Positions 27,094 through 39,122 of a DNA stretch of 64,000 nucleotides are shown piece after piece. The notes below the pieces were generated by a model that ran no database searches, had not been told where the DNA came from, and was given only the letters and a program-made list of their open reading frames with translations. Where the stretch lies: positions 45,510,001-45,574,000 of the forward strand of contig NC_087447.1 of assembly GCF_036321535.1 (NCBI RefSeq), read 5' to 3'. This DNA comes from Camelus dromedarius. Lineage: Eukaryota. Every line of letters begins with the position of its first letter. Positions within the stretch are counted from its first letter, which is position 1. The translations under genes and the position numbers were made by a program.

Positions 27094-29895
27094 GTTGAAA
27101 TTCCCATTAGTGAAAAGGAGTTAATAATGGACCTACTTTTTAAGGACATTGTAAGAAGAAAAACAATAGTTACACATAACTTATGCAATATGTTTACAAC
27201 AAAGTCTGGTGTATAGTAAATGCTTAATAAACAGTAACTATTATATTACAAGCCAAAATATGATCAAGGACAAAGGCCAAGCTAGGTTTTAAAGATAAAT
27301 GCAAAATAAACTCTCTGCTACTCAGATGTGATATCACAAAGAATATAGTTGTTCTGAAGTTCAAAGACATATTTAGAGTTCCTTTTTTATATATTTTAAA
27401 ATATTTTTAAATGTAAAATATGTGTGCTTGCAAATGTTTTAAAGGGTGCAGACTAGGTTTACACAATTAAAATAATCATGTATATTTAAGGTAGTAAATA
27501 TGTTTATCTGCTCAATATTGTCATTGCAGATCAGGGGCAGGCATCAAATTAATTATATATACAAATGATGCCTCAAAATTAATTATCTAAGAGTGGAAGC
27601 AGATGTCACTAGCCCACCCATTTTTAGTCGTTATGTGGACATTAAGTCATAAATCTTTTCTTCATTGATTCGATAGTCATGGATATTGCTTCTTATTTAT
27701 CACCTTCTGTCCTTTATTCCTTATACTTTCCCTACAATTCTCTTTATTTTACATCTTTACACAGCTTTTCTTGATATTCACTATATGCCACATATCAGGG
27801 GACAGATGAATCAGTTAAAAATGATATCGTTTAGGGAATTAACTACCCAGTGAGTGAGATAAGACAGACAGAAATTTGCCATACTTCAAGACAGAATTTT
27901 TAAAAAGATCTAGTCCACCTCATAGTAGACAGTACATGCCATTAAGTTGCCTCATTATTTAATTTATAAGTAAAGCAAGTAAACCAAAATACTAGAATAG
28001 GTCAAAGTTTCAATGAAAGGATTTCAGGGACCCAAGCTTAAGGACTCAACATTGTCTTGTTACTTTTTCTTTCTGAAGCAATCTCTCATAGCTGCTTTTA
28101 TGTTGGTTTGTACTCATTTTTCCCCCAATGTAGACTGGCATTAGCTTCCACATAACTAGGGAAGAAGATGACCATGAGTGGTTTGTTGTCCTTCCAGTAT
28201 TCCAAACAGAATGGGGAACCCTTCACACTAGCTTTAGCATAAAATGTGAAGGGGAAATTTTTTTTCTTCAGTTTTTAATCTCTGCAGCTGAAAGATCAGG
28301 AGAGGTACTTTTTAGAATGCTGATATTATTGGTCTAACCCAAACTACAGAGAGAGGTAAGAAGTTCCTCAAAGGAAGTCTGTCTGCTGTTTTTAAAAAAG
28401 GGAACAATTGCTGAGAAATGACCCCCACTTCTTTATAATCATGCTTAAGAATGTCAGAGATAAGAGGTTTTTGACTGGAAAGAGTCAAGAAAGAAAAATA
28501 TTACATCAGGTCTTTAAAAACTGTAGGAATGGCTTAAGAATCAGAATTTCATTTTATGTTTTGAAGCTATTCATTACATTTCTCAAATGAGCTCTCAGCA
28601 AAAGCAAAGACCATATATGTATTTACTTATTTACTTTTACTCCCTCTATCCTGTGAATATCTAGCAGATCACAACTAAGTGAATGCTTCTGAAATTGAGA
28701 TAGATTTCAAGTTTCCATGGTCTTTTCATGATTTTTTCAATCTTGCAGGCAGAAGTTCTTAGTAAACCCAGCCTTCACGGGCTTATTTTCCTCTGAATTC
28801 ACGTAACAACTCAAACCAAGCCCCCGATTCACTAATTATGTTTGGTTACATGGTCTGCTGCTGTTCCATGATTTCCAGTAGTAGAATGCAAGCTATATGA
28901 ATGTTATATTTACATCATCTGAATGACTCTGATGCCTACTAAGTATGCCAGACATATATTAAAAAGTATTTTTGAATTGATTACTTGAGCTTTCATTTAG
29001 AAGTTCATTTAGAACTTTCCTAAAGTAGCTTAAAATTCTTGCTAAAGCTACCACATGTTCATTCACTGCCATCAGGAACTGTCTCTTTCACTTGCTTCCT
29101 ACGCTGATCCAGTAGGACAATTCTTCATTTGTTTATGACTCTAACTTCAAGAGTTGACCCCAAGAATAAACTAACTCATTTTTCCCCTTGGAAAGTTAAA
29201 GAAAGGAGATGCATCCTTGTTTCAGAACTCAAGACATCACCATATCTACTTCAGTATGGAATAGGAAACAAAAAAATAAATAAACAAAAATCAAGTATGA
29301 ATTCTGAAATGAAGTAGCAAGATGAGTAAGAATAGCCATTTCTCAGCTTCTTATATATTATTTCTTTTCAGGAAGCTCCTTTTTTTTTTTTTTTTAATGA
29401 CCAGGCATATTCAGATATCAACCACTATTCCAACTACAAGAAACAGTCAGAAGTATTAAACATATATAGTCATAAATTTATCATTTAAAAATTCTAATGC
29501 CTCAATTTCAACAACATGGACAATTAAGAATCAACATGGACAATTGTTTTCCTGATAAAACCAGCCCCTCATTGATCTTTTATAGTCTAGAGTCAGAGTC
29601 CTCAATTTAGCAGCTGGGAAAATGTGACTTTCATTCAACACATATAACCAAAAGCATCTGTTGCCATTTCTCCTCACCACTACCAAACAGTCATCACTCA
29701 TGATCACAATTACAACCATTTATTTAAGCCTTCTGCCTTTCCTTCCCCCTTGGTTAGATTAGGTACTTCTTGAGAGGAAGACCTGAGTATTTTTTATTTT
29801 TTAATTCATGGTGCCTAACATTCTATTTGGCACATAGTGGATCATAAATAGCATTTTTTTTTCCATTGGTTATCTCTTCTGATATAGAGAAAATT

Positions 29896-30848
29896 TCATT
29901 CTCCAGCAAAGACACGTTGTACCAAAAAACGCTTGCACAAAGCAGCCTAGATCTGCTGAGATTAGAGGCTGTAAACAAGAGGGTTGAGCAGCGGTGTCAT
30001 GAGGAGGCAGGCATTACTCATGGTGGTGTAGAGAACTGGGGAAGTGTTCTGGGTGTAATGATGCAGCACTGCCAAGCTGATGAGGGGCAGGTAAAACACA
30101 AGCACTGTGCATAGGTGACAGGCACAGGTATGCAGTGATTTCCAGTTTCTGTCTTGAGTCCCCAGTTTCAGAATAGTGCCTAAGATCTTCACATATGAAG
30201 CTAGGATGAAGACAACATCTGCTGCAAATGTGCAGAATCAAAAACCAAGCCGTAGGCACTGCTAAAAGTGACATCCCCGCAGGCCAAGTTCAGCATATCT
30301 GGGTAGTAGCAGTAAGAGTGTGAGAGGATGCTGGCCCCACAGAAAGGAAAGGTCCTAAGGAAAAAAGGCAGAGGGGCCAGCAGGGTGGCACCTCGTATGA
30401 GAACAGCTACACTAAGGCAGGCAACAGTATAGTGGGTCAGGATCCTGGTGTAGTTTAGTGGAGCACAGATAGCTACCAAGCAGTCAAAAGCCATGGCCAC
30501 TAGGACACCTAATTCTATACAGAAGAGGGTGTGAATGAAGAACGTTTGGGTTAAGCAGGCATCCAGGCCAATGTGGTGGACACCAAACCAGAAGACGGCC
30601 AAGACACTAGGCATGGTAGACAATGAAAGGCCTAGGTCAGTAAGGGCGAGCATGGCCACAAAACAGAACTGAGGTTCATGAAGATTCCATTCTGCTCTAA
30701 CAAGGATGAACAGAAGAGCATTGCCCACAAGGGCTATGAGGTAGAGGAGACAGAAAGGAATGGAGATCCATTGGGCAGCCTCCAGACCAGGAATACCAAT
30801 GAAGGAGAAGGTGGGCCAATTAGAAGCAGTGTTATTAAAAGCCAGCAT
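29896..30848 (-). pseudogene. OR51-family pseudogene on the minus strand
   Basis: MLAFNNT...FIGIPGLE...MAFDCLVAICAPL...LSHSYC. Frameshift near 30238-30244 restores FCTFAADVVFILASYVKIL in another frame. Stops TAA 29962-29964 and TAG 29947-29949; probable original TGA at 29896-29898. Minus-strand acceptor ctgac...ttttatAG at 30891. Confidence 0.92.
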
Positions 30849-31044
30849 GGTAAGATGTGGGTAGGACTGAAGTCCAGGATGCTTTTGGCCCTATAAAAGA
30901 GAAATCATGTGTCAGGAAACTCAAAAACCAAATTAAAAGTAAATAGATTGTTCATACCTAGAGTTATAGAATTAGGATATGGAGAACTCAAGATTTAGTT
31001 TATATGTATAACTTCAAAATTATTTCTCTTGCTATATAGACGGT

Positions 31045-31760
31045 AAGCATGAAAAGATGCTCAACATCACCATTTATTTGGAAAATTTAAATGAGAAATA
31101 CAAGATACCATTAGAATGGCTAGAATTAAAATGACTACAAGTGCCATGTGTTGGTGAGGATGTGAAATAACTGGAACTCTGGTGGCATACAGATGGTGGA
31201 GCCTCTTTGGAAAACAGCTTGGCGACTTCATATGAAGTCACACACATACTTATCATACAGTTAGCATCATTCAACAATTTCACTCCTAACAATTTGCCCA
31301 AGAAATAAAAACACATGTCCACACAAAGACTCATGTCCATGTAAAGACAGTCAAAATAGCTTTATTCATGACAGCAAAAAAAGAAAAGGAAATAAATCCA
31401 AATATATATGCAATATTGAATGGATAAACAAACTGTGAATATCCATATACTTTAAATTTAAAAGGACATAATTACTGAGATGCAACAGCATGAATGGATC
31501 ACTTATACCCTGTGAAAGAAGGCAAACACAAAATACCAAATAGTGTATGATCTCAATTGTATGTAATTCTAGAAAAGACAAAGTCAGTGATAGTTGATCA
31601 GAGATTTCAGAGGTGAGCAGGGAGTATGAAGAGATTGGCTACAAACAGGTATGAACTAACCTTTAGGGAGATCAAAATGTTCCATACTATGGCTCATGTA
31701 CTAATTATATGATTTTACACATTATTTACAAGTCATAAAATTGTAGCTTATTAAAATGTA
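31045..31760 (+). mobile_element. Old L1M ORF2 end / 3' UTR
   Basis: catgaaaagatgctcaacatc, tgttggtgaggatgtg, tttggaaaacagcttggc, gaatggataaacaaactgtg. Confidence 0.85.
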
Positions 31761-32369
31761 TCTCTTTAGGATTCCCCCCACCCCAATTCCTTCCCTTCAA
31801 CACATTCATAAAGGACATGTCACTCTAGTTTGTGAAATAACTTGATCCCCGATTACCAGGAGTTGATTATATCTGGGATGGGTACCAGGCTATTTTATTT
31901 TATTCACCTATCTGATTCCCACTAAATGGTTCACAGACTACACAGAAAAGAAAATTAACTCTATCCATTTTTGTCAACAGTGCCTTTTTCATTCTTTCTC
32001 TATTTCAAAGAGTGCTAACTTTCTACATTTATCCTCTTCCTTACAAATTTAAAAATTCTGTGTTTCTCATTGGCTTACATTTCTGCTGCTTCTCTTCTGT
32101 TCTGATTCATATAAAATTTCTGAGAAATTTGAATTCTCTCAAGTCTCCAGTTAACTCCCAAACTGTCATACTCTATCCACATACCTTTTCTGAACAAGTG
32201 TTCAAAAGACCCATAAACATCTCTACCCAGTTGCCTCACAGGAATTCAAACATATGCCCTAAGCGTAAGAGTTAATGTAACCCTTCACAACCCTTACAAC
32301 TTATGTATTATATTCAGAAATAGTATTGATGAGACAATCACATATGCAATGCCTGTTTATTTTACTGTT

Positions 32370-32590
32370 GATATTGTAGTTATGAAAAGCCAGGAGCCAG
32401 ATTGTCTGAGTTCAAATGATGGTCCTGTTCTCACTAGTTGTTTATCATTCGCTAAGTCATCTCTCCGTGCTTACTTCCCTCTTTGTAAAATGAGACTAAT
32501 AGTGCCTACTCTCCCTAGGGTTCTAATGTGAAATAACTGAAAATAATGCCTCACTGTAGTAAATACTGTTTAACCAGAGGCTTTTATTAT
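32370..32590 (+). mobile_element. MIR SINE
   Basis: ggagccagattgtctgagttcaaat...tgtaaaatgagactaatagtgcctac. Confidence 0.7.
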
Positions 32591-32779
32591 TAAATCTCAC
32601 CATTGTTCTTCATCTTAGTCATTGTTGTTTTAAAACAAACTCTAGTAATTTCTTTTTACTGTCAGATATATCTGTTGGCAGGATTACTGTAATACATTGA
32701 ACTCCATGGCTCAGTGTGGGGAATTAGAGCCTTACTTCGAGGACTTGGTGATTTAATGGCACTTTACAAACCAAGAGCA

Positions 32780-32885
32780 GGTCTCCCAGGTATCTGGAAA
32801 GCTCTGCTGAAATTTAAAAAGCCCTGGGAGTTCCCAGCTATCCAGCCAAGGGCTTAAAATTATTTTCACCCCAAGGGATCATTAA
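32780..32885 (-). promoter_or_regulatory. Putative OR promoter with adjacent homeodomain + O/E sites (for the minus-strand pseudogene)
   Basis: Minus strand reads TAATGA immediately followed by TCCCTTGGGG (32884-32869); further O/E-like CTCCCAGGGC at 32821-32830; about 2 kb upstream of ATG 30848. Confidence 0.55.
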
Positions 32886-33349
32886 GAAACAACAGAGTAT
32901 ATCTTAAATATGATACATCTTAGAGCATCCTTGTGTACTGGAGAAACCAAAAGCTCTCATTTTATTGGAACCCAGTGGGTCTGAACCATTTCTTTCTTCA
33001 TTGTATGAAAAGCAAATTGGAGTGAAAACATATATATAGAACTATGTTTAGATGAGATGGACTGTTTAGGAAATGTTAAGCTATTTAGCAAATACTAACT
33101 AAAAGTACTTAATACAAATATGTACGCACACATTGTCAAAACTTAAAACATAGAGAATTGTTTCTTGTAATTTGGGAGCAAAAACACCAATTCTTTTCCC
33201 CAGAAAACTGTCTAAATTTATCTTTTTGAATAGATAATAAAATAAAGTGATTTAGTACAAGGCATACCTTGTTTTATTCTTTCAAGAATTTATCAAAAGC
33301 ATATTTTGGGCAGTATAAAAAGTCCCTCTGAGTTTTAAAAAGATCTTAC

Positions 33350-34540
33350 TATTGCTTAATAGCAATGTAATAAAATGCATTAGCTATTTCCCTAAATTTT
33401 AGATTGTTTATACTTCATCAATATGAATAATCACACGATCTTGGCACATATAATTTTGTGCACTTGTGTATTTCCATCAGAGAAAATGCTCAAGTTAAAT
33501 TGCTGGACCAAAGTCAATCAATTTTATATATTTCATCCCTGTCAAATTTCCTTTCAAAAATGTTAAATAAGTTTACATGCACAGAACTATGATTTGTCTG
33601 CTTTTTCTTCCCACTTGTCAATCTCTTAAATTTTCTAACATGCTAGACCAAAAAATAAAAAAGTGAACTATTATTCCTTTAATTTATATTGTTATATTGA
33701 TTAGTGAAGGTAAGAATTTTTTTTTAATGTATCGCTGGACTTTTGTGCATTTTCTTTTGTAAATTGCCTAACCAGGCATTTCAAAATATTCAAATGGTTA
33801 TTTCTGGAGTATTAACTCAGGTCTACCTTTATAAGATAGAGGCAAGTCAATTATTTTTCAGAAAATGAGTCCACGTAGGTAATTGATTGGGAAACATTAT
33901 TAAATCCAAATTTCTAAACCAGGACCCCATTCACAATAGCCCTCAAAACCACTCTGTATCTTTATAGCCTTTTCTCTGATTCTGCTTCCATTGTGACAAA
34001 ATACTTGAATTTAAGATTATTCTGGGGAATACTATGTGGTAAAACTCATAGTTAGTTATCTTTTTTTTTTCAGAGCAGCATAGTGAGATGTAATCTAAAT
34101 ATAGTAAACCTCACCATTTTTAGGTGCCTCATTGTGACCTTCTGCAAATACATATACTTTCACATGAACATCACGATGTTCAAAATGTGTATATTTTAAT
34201 CAACCAAAAATGTTCCACATGCTGCTTTGAGGAACCCACTCCCTCATGGAGTGTTGACTTTGGAAACCACTTCTTTTATTTCTTTATAGTGTATACTTTT
34301 CCAGAATGTCATAAAAGTGGATATATACAATAGATATACAGTAGATAGCTATTGTATTTTGATTCCTTCACTTTGCATTATTCTCTTAAGATGCATGATA
34401 CATGCTGTTACATGTGTAGAAAATTCACTGATTTTTTACTACCAAATAGTATTACAATATGTAGCTATACCATGATTTGTTTATTCATTCACCATTTGAT
34501 GGGTATTTGTGTTGAGTTTTGGGCAATTATGAATATTTGA
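33350..34540 (-). mobile_element. Fragmented old L1M pieces
   Basis: Antisense L1 motifs: tttttcttttgtaaattgcct; ttccagaatgtcataaaagtgg; ataccatgatttgtttattcattcacc. Confidence 0.65.
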
Positions 34541-35289
34541 GTTTTAAACTCAGACATATGCAAATTATAACTTTGATGTTATTTTTAAAGTATATTTTAT
34601 TAGGGGGGAAAATGCTCTAGATCATGAATGACCTTTGAATCCTACACTGCCTGCCATGGGGTCTTCTCTAGTAATTCACTGAATTGATCTGAGAACTTTA
34701 TACATAAAAAAGTAAACAATAAAAGACATATGAAATTGCTTTTCTATATTCCCAAGCATGACTCATCATAAGGAGAGTCTCCTGCTACAGTTACAATATT
34801 CCTAACTGAATTCATGGCAATTTGACCATTCTTGTGAATGTCATTGAATCTGTGTATTTTACTAGCCTGAAAGATCATGTGAATACTTTAATTTTAAACA
34901 GCACAACTATCATAACTGAAAAAAAGCCCTTGTCATTCAGTTACATGTTTATGCTTATGTAAAGTAAGTGGGATGTGTACGGATAGGGTGTGGGATGATG
35001 ACAGGAAAACACACATTGCTTATCATTTAAGAGTTCTATGGTAATTTCTACATATATTCACTTGGGTTCCATGTCTTAAAACATATACTATGAATTGAAA
35101 AAGAGTTCAAACAGATGCCTGTAATGCAATTAACTTTAGAGAATTGCATTAAAATTCAATTTAATGCAATACGTGATAGAAATATAAAATACGTGATAGA
35201 AAATATAAATAACCCTCAAATTTAGATATTACATTAAAATTGTAGATACTATATTACAAAAATTCAGAGTGAACTGTGATGACTCCAAA

Positions 35290-35531
35290 ACTTAATGAAT
35301 AGTTTTCAGTTCACCTGATACAAAAAAGTACCCAGTCCTTGGGGCATTTGTGGAGCATTCCTTGGAAGCAATGAAAAGTAGACTTTAAATCAATAAGGGA
35401 CTTCCCAGGAGATTACTCTTCTCAGGAGACAGCTGCATCAATAATAAAAAAATTCAAACCAGGACACATGGAAAAGAAAGCTGTCCCTGCAGGACGTTAG
35501 CAAACACTCTGTCTTGAGATGACAGGTAAGA
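35290..35531 (+). promoter_or_regulatory. Putative promoter and first non-coding exon of the 38.1-kb OR
   Basis: TAATGA 35293; O/E-like GTCCTTGGGG 35335, TCCCAGGAGA 35403, TCTCAGGAGA 35420; donor CAG|GTAAGA at 35526. Confidence 0.55.
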
Positions 35532-35990
35532 TAAAAAACATTGTTTACATGGATTTGGAAAAAAATAAATAAACAAAAACAAACAAACAAAACTAAGATT
35601 AAAGATACTTTGGATAAATTACCAGAGAAACTCTCGCCTGTCATACAAAGAATTACAGGAGTATAGAGGTATTTCTGTGAAAATACCCCTGATTCATTTC
35701 CCTCAAGAACCTGAGATGTTTAGACTGAACCAAAATAAAAGGAAGTAGATTTAGTGCAACCTTGAACATGAGACGAGCAGAACTATCCAGACCTGTGTTG
35801 ACACTAACCATGGAGTTCAGCCTCTCCCTGAACATAAACACTCTTTGAGACCAGAATACAGGTTCTGAAAATGCTTAAAAACCAATGAATAAGAAAAGGC
35901 ACTAAGAAGATACCTGGCACCAGACCATTAACACTGCAGGGCACAATGATTGATCTGAGCAGAACATGCTCTTATCCAACAAAAAGCAAG

Positions 35991-36200
35991 TTTCCTATGC
36001 CTGTGAGTCTGTTTCTATTATGTAAATAAGGTCATTTGTGTCATTTTTTTTTTAGATTCCACATATAAATGATATCATATGGTATTTGTCTTTCTTTTTC
36101 TGGCTTACGTCACTTGGTATGGTAATCATCCATCCATGTTGCTGCTGTACAACAGAAACTAACAAAACATTCTAAATTAACTATACTTCAATTAAAAAAA
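35991..36200 (+). mobile_element. Short L1 with 5' inversion (twin-priming structure)
   Basis: 35991 to about 36146 is antisense L1 ORF2 end/3'UTR; about 36146-36200 is the sense L1 terminus ...ctatacttcaattaaaaaaa. Confidence 0.8.
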
Positions 36201-38150
36201 TTTTTTTAAGAATGAATTTTCTTGACCCTCTCTCACCTTCTATATTTTTACAAAAGTCAAGATTTAAAAAGAAAAAAAGCTAATAGATCTTCTGAGGCTA
36301 ATTCCAATTTCCTTAATTTTTAAAGATAATGTGTAGAACTGTAGTGGCTGCCTTATTATTATTTCTGAAAGTATCGTCTAAATTAACTCCAGTTGAGATT
36401 TTCGAAAAACTAACTAGCCTGCCGAGTGAAAGAAAGCAGGGACAAGTGGATAGGATCCTTGTGTTTCTTGTCCTCAGTACTAGGGCAAGGCAGTGAGGTT
36501 TTAAAATATAAAAAAAAAAAAAAGATTTTATTTATTTTCTAAGAATCTTACCTTCACCAAAGATTAGACTTGTGGGGAAATTTGAATCAGAGCAGCTGGG
36601 AAATACTCAGGCCACCAGAGTGAAGATCTGTATGCATGCTACAAGCAGGGAATAGGGATTCTGAGGTGTTTATCTCTACAATGGTCCACAAGCAACACAA
36701 ATAATGACATTAGTGAGTGAGGATTGGGGAGAACTGGGACAATTTTTACATGCAAATAATGTAAGGCTTATCTTTTGTGGGGAACAAGAGTATGTATGCA
36801 ATACCCATTTAGTTTCATAAATACAAAATATGGTGAGGGATGGATTCAGAAAAAATAAATCTGTACTTTGCTGCCTAGGGAAGTAGACTCAATGTATCCA
36901 CAACTGATCTTATCTGAATAAATGAGTTTGGGTAACATAGACCATGACTGGTCTCATCTCTGATGTATGGTATATTTTATTTGAATCTTAAACAGACTTC
37001 TCACCTCATTAGTAAATATTGCTAATTGTGCTTTTTTAGATCTTTGCTTTAATCTTAAATAAAGCCTAAAGCCAGGCATATAGAGAATAATAATTAATTG
37101 TTATTGAATTTTTGAGAAAATATTGAATTAGATCATATTGAATTAGATCAACAAAATAGGCATCATATAATATTTTTGTTGTTACTAAAAATGGACAATT
37201 TACTACCAGTAATACATAGTAACTGTGTAAAATGTCCCTAGATCCTTTTAATTAAAATTAAAAACTGTAAACTTCTAAAAAAAGATAAACATGATTTTAA
37301 AAAATAATCTGTTAAAGATTTTAGCTTTTGAAACAAATACAACTAAATATTATTTATTTATGTCAATTGACAAAAAATAACATTTGTATTCAACAATGAA
37401 TAATCATATAATAGTTAATCATAAATCATGCACTGAAGGATCATTTTTAAAACTTTAAATCATAGAATAATTTTTCTAAAATACGACTAAAAAATATGTA
37501 AGAAAAATGAAATAAAAATACATTCAAAATACAATCTTATTACTGTATATTAATAATAACTATTAAATTCAACAAACATAATTATTATAGCAAATCAATG
37601 CAAAAGTTCCAAATGTTTATTTTAAGTTTCTACACTGATCTCATGGCAAAAAAAAAAAGTATATAAAATGTGAACTTGAACTTCAGTTTGGGTAGCAATA
37701 TCTCATTTGTATCATGTTCACCAAGGCAGTAAGAAATACCATAGAACAATATACTACTATAACTAAAATTATAGGTATAAATTTGCATGCATTTTTAAAA
37801 GAAATTTATTTAAAGTATATTATTTATTTTGGCTTCTCCTTTTAATATGTCATTATACCAATTAAATGACTTAAGTAAACTTAATATCAAGTGTATTTTT
37901 TCTCATTTTTCTCCATAAATTACAGTATCTGTGGAATTTGATCAGAAAAAGAAGGTCCTGTTTTCTAGTCCAAAGGCTCAGATGCTCAGTATTGGGAAAC
38001 AGCACTTATTCTCATTAGACACATATCAGGTAAATAAGAAGAATTAAAATAAGAAGTATTACCAGTAGTCATATGAATGCTCAAGTCAATTTCTAAGGTC
38101 TGTGTCTGACAATGCATTTCACTCTAGGAAAGGCATGCAGCCCTGGCATC

Positions 38151-39122
38151 ATGTTTCCTACCAATAGCACCAACTCCATATTCTCCACCTTCCTGCTGAC
38201 AGGCATCCCTGGGCTGGAAGCTGTGCACGTCTGGATCTCCATACCTTTCTGTGCCATGTTCTTGATGACCGTGGTGGGCAATGTGACCATCATGACACTT
38301 ATATGGAAGGAGCACGCCCTCCATGTGCCTATGTACCTCTTCCTGGCCATGCTAGCTGTCTCTGACCTGGGTTTGTCCCTCTTCACTTTCCCCACAATGC
38401 TGAGGATATTCTGGCTGGATGCTCGAGAGCTCACGTTCCCTGTTTGCTCCACCCAAATGTTTTTCATTCACACTTTCCAAGATTTGGAGTCTGCTATCCT
38501 ACTGGCAATGGCCTTTGACCGCTATGTGGCCATTTCTCGTCCACTGCACTATTCCTCCATCCTCACCAACAGTGTAATTGCCAGGATTGGTTTGGCAATT
38601 TTTGTGCGAACCTTGACTGTGCAGGTGCCCCTCCCGATCCTCTTAAGGAGGTTGTGCTTCTGTCACTCCAACGTACTTTCACATTCCTACTGCCTGCATC
38701 CTGATATCTTAAAGCTCTCATGCTCCAGCACTAAGATCAATAGCACTGTTGGACTGTTTGTGGTACTGTCCACCATGGGACTTGATTTTCTTCTCATTCT
38801 CTTCTCATACGTTCTGATACTGAAAACTGTACTGAGCATCGCGTCCCACGGTGGCCGCCTCAAAGCTCTCAACACCTGTATTTCCCACCTCTCTGCTGTG
38901 ATCCTCTTCTTCACACCCATGATATGCCTCTCTATTCTGCACCGCTTTGGCCCAAAACTTCCTGCCCACGTCTACGTGACCATGGCCAACATGCATTTTC
39001 TCATTCCTCCTGTGATGAATCCCATTGTGTACGTGGTGAAAACCAAGCAGATAAGAGATAAAATTCTGAAACTTGTCATCAAAAAAGGACCAGGAGAATC
39101 TCAAGTCACATTTATTACATGA
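38151..39122 (+). CDS. Intact class I (OR51-family) olfactory receptor, 323 aa
   Basis: Motifs FLLTGIPGLE, LHVPMYLFL, MAFDRYVAI, LSHSYCLHPD, KALNTCISH, PPVMNPIVY; NST sequon. The ORF-track ATG at 38112 lies upstream of a branch point/acceptor (ctgac...ctctAG, 38106-38127), so the start is set to 38151. Confidence 0.9.
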   Translation: MFPTNSTNSIFSTFLLTGIPGLEAVHVWISIPFCAMFLMTVVGNVTIMTLIWKEHALHVPMYLFLAMLAVSDLGLSLFTFPTMLRIFWLDARELTFPVCSTQMFFIHTFQDLESAILLAMAFDRYVAISRPLHYSSILTNSVIARIGLAIFVRTLTVQVPLPILLRRLCFCHSNVLSHSYCLHPDILKLSCSSTKINSTVGLFVVLSTMGLDFLLILFSYVLILKTVLSIASHGGRLKALNTCISHLSAVILFFTPMICLSILHRFGPKLPAHVYVTMANMHFLIPPVMNPIVYVVKTKQIRDKILKLVIKKGPGESQVTFIT

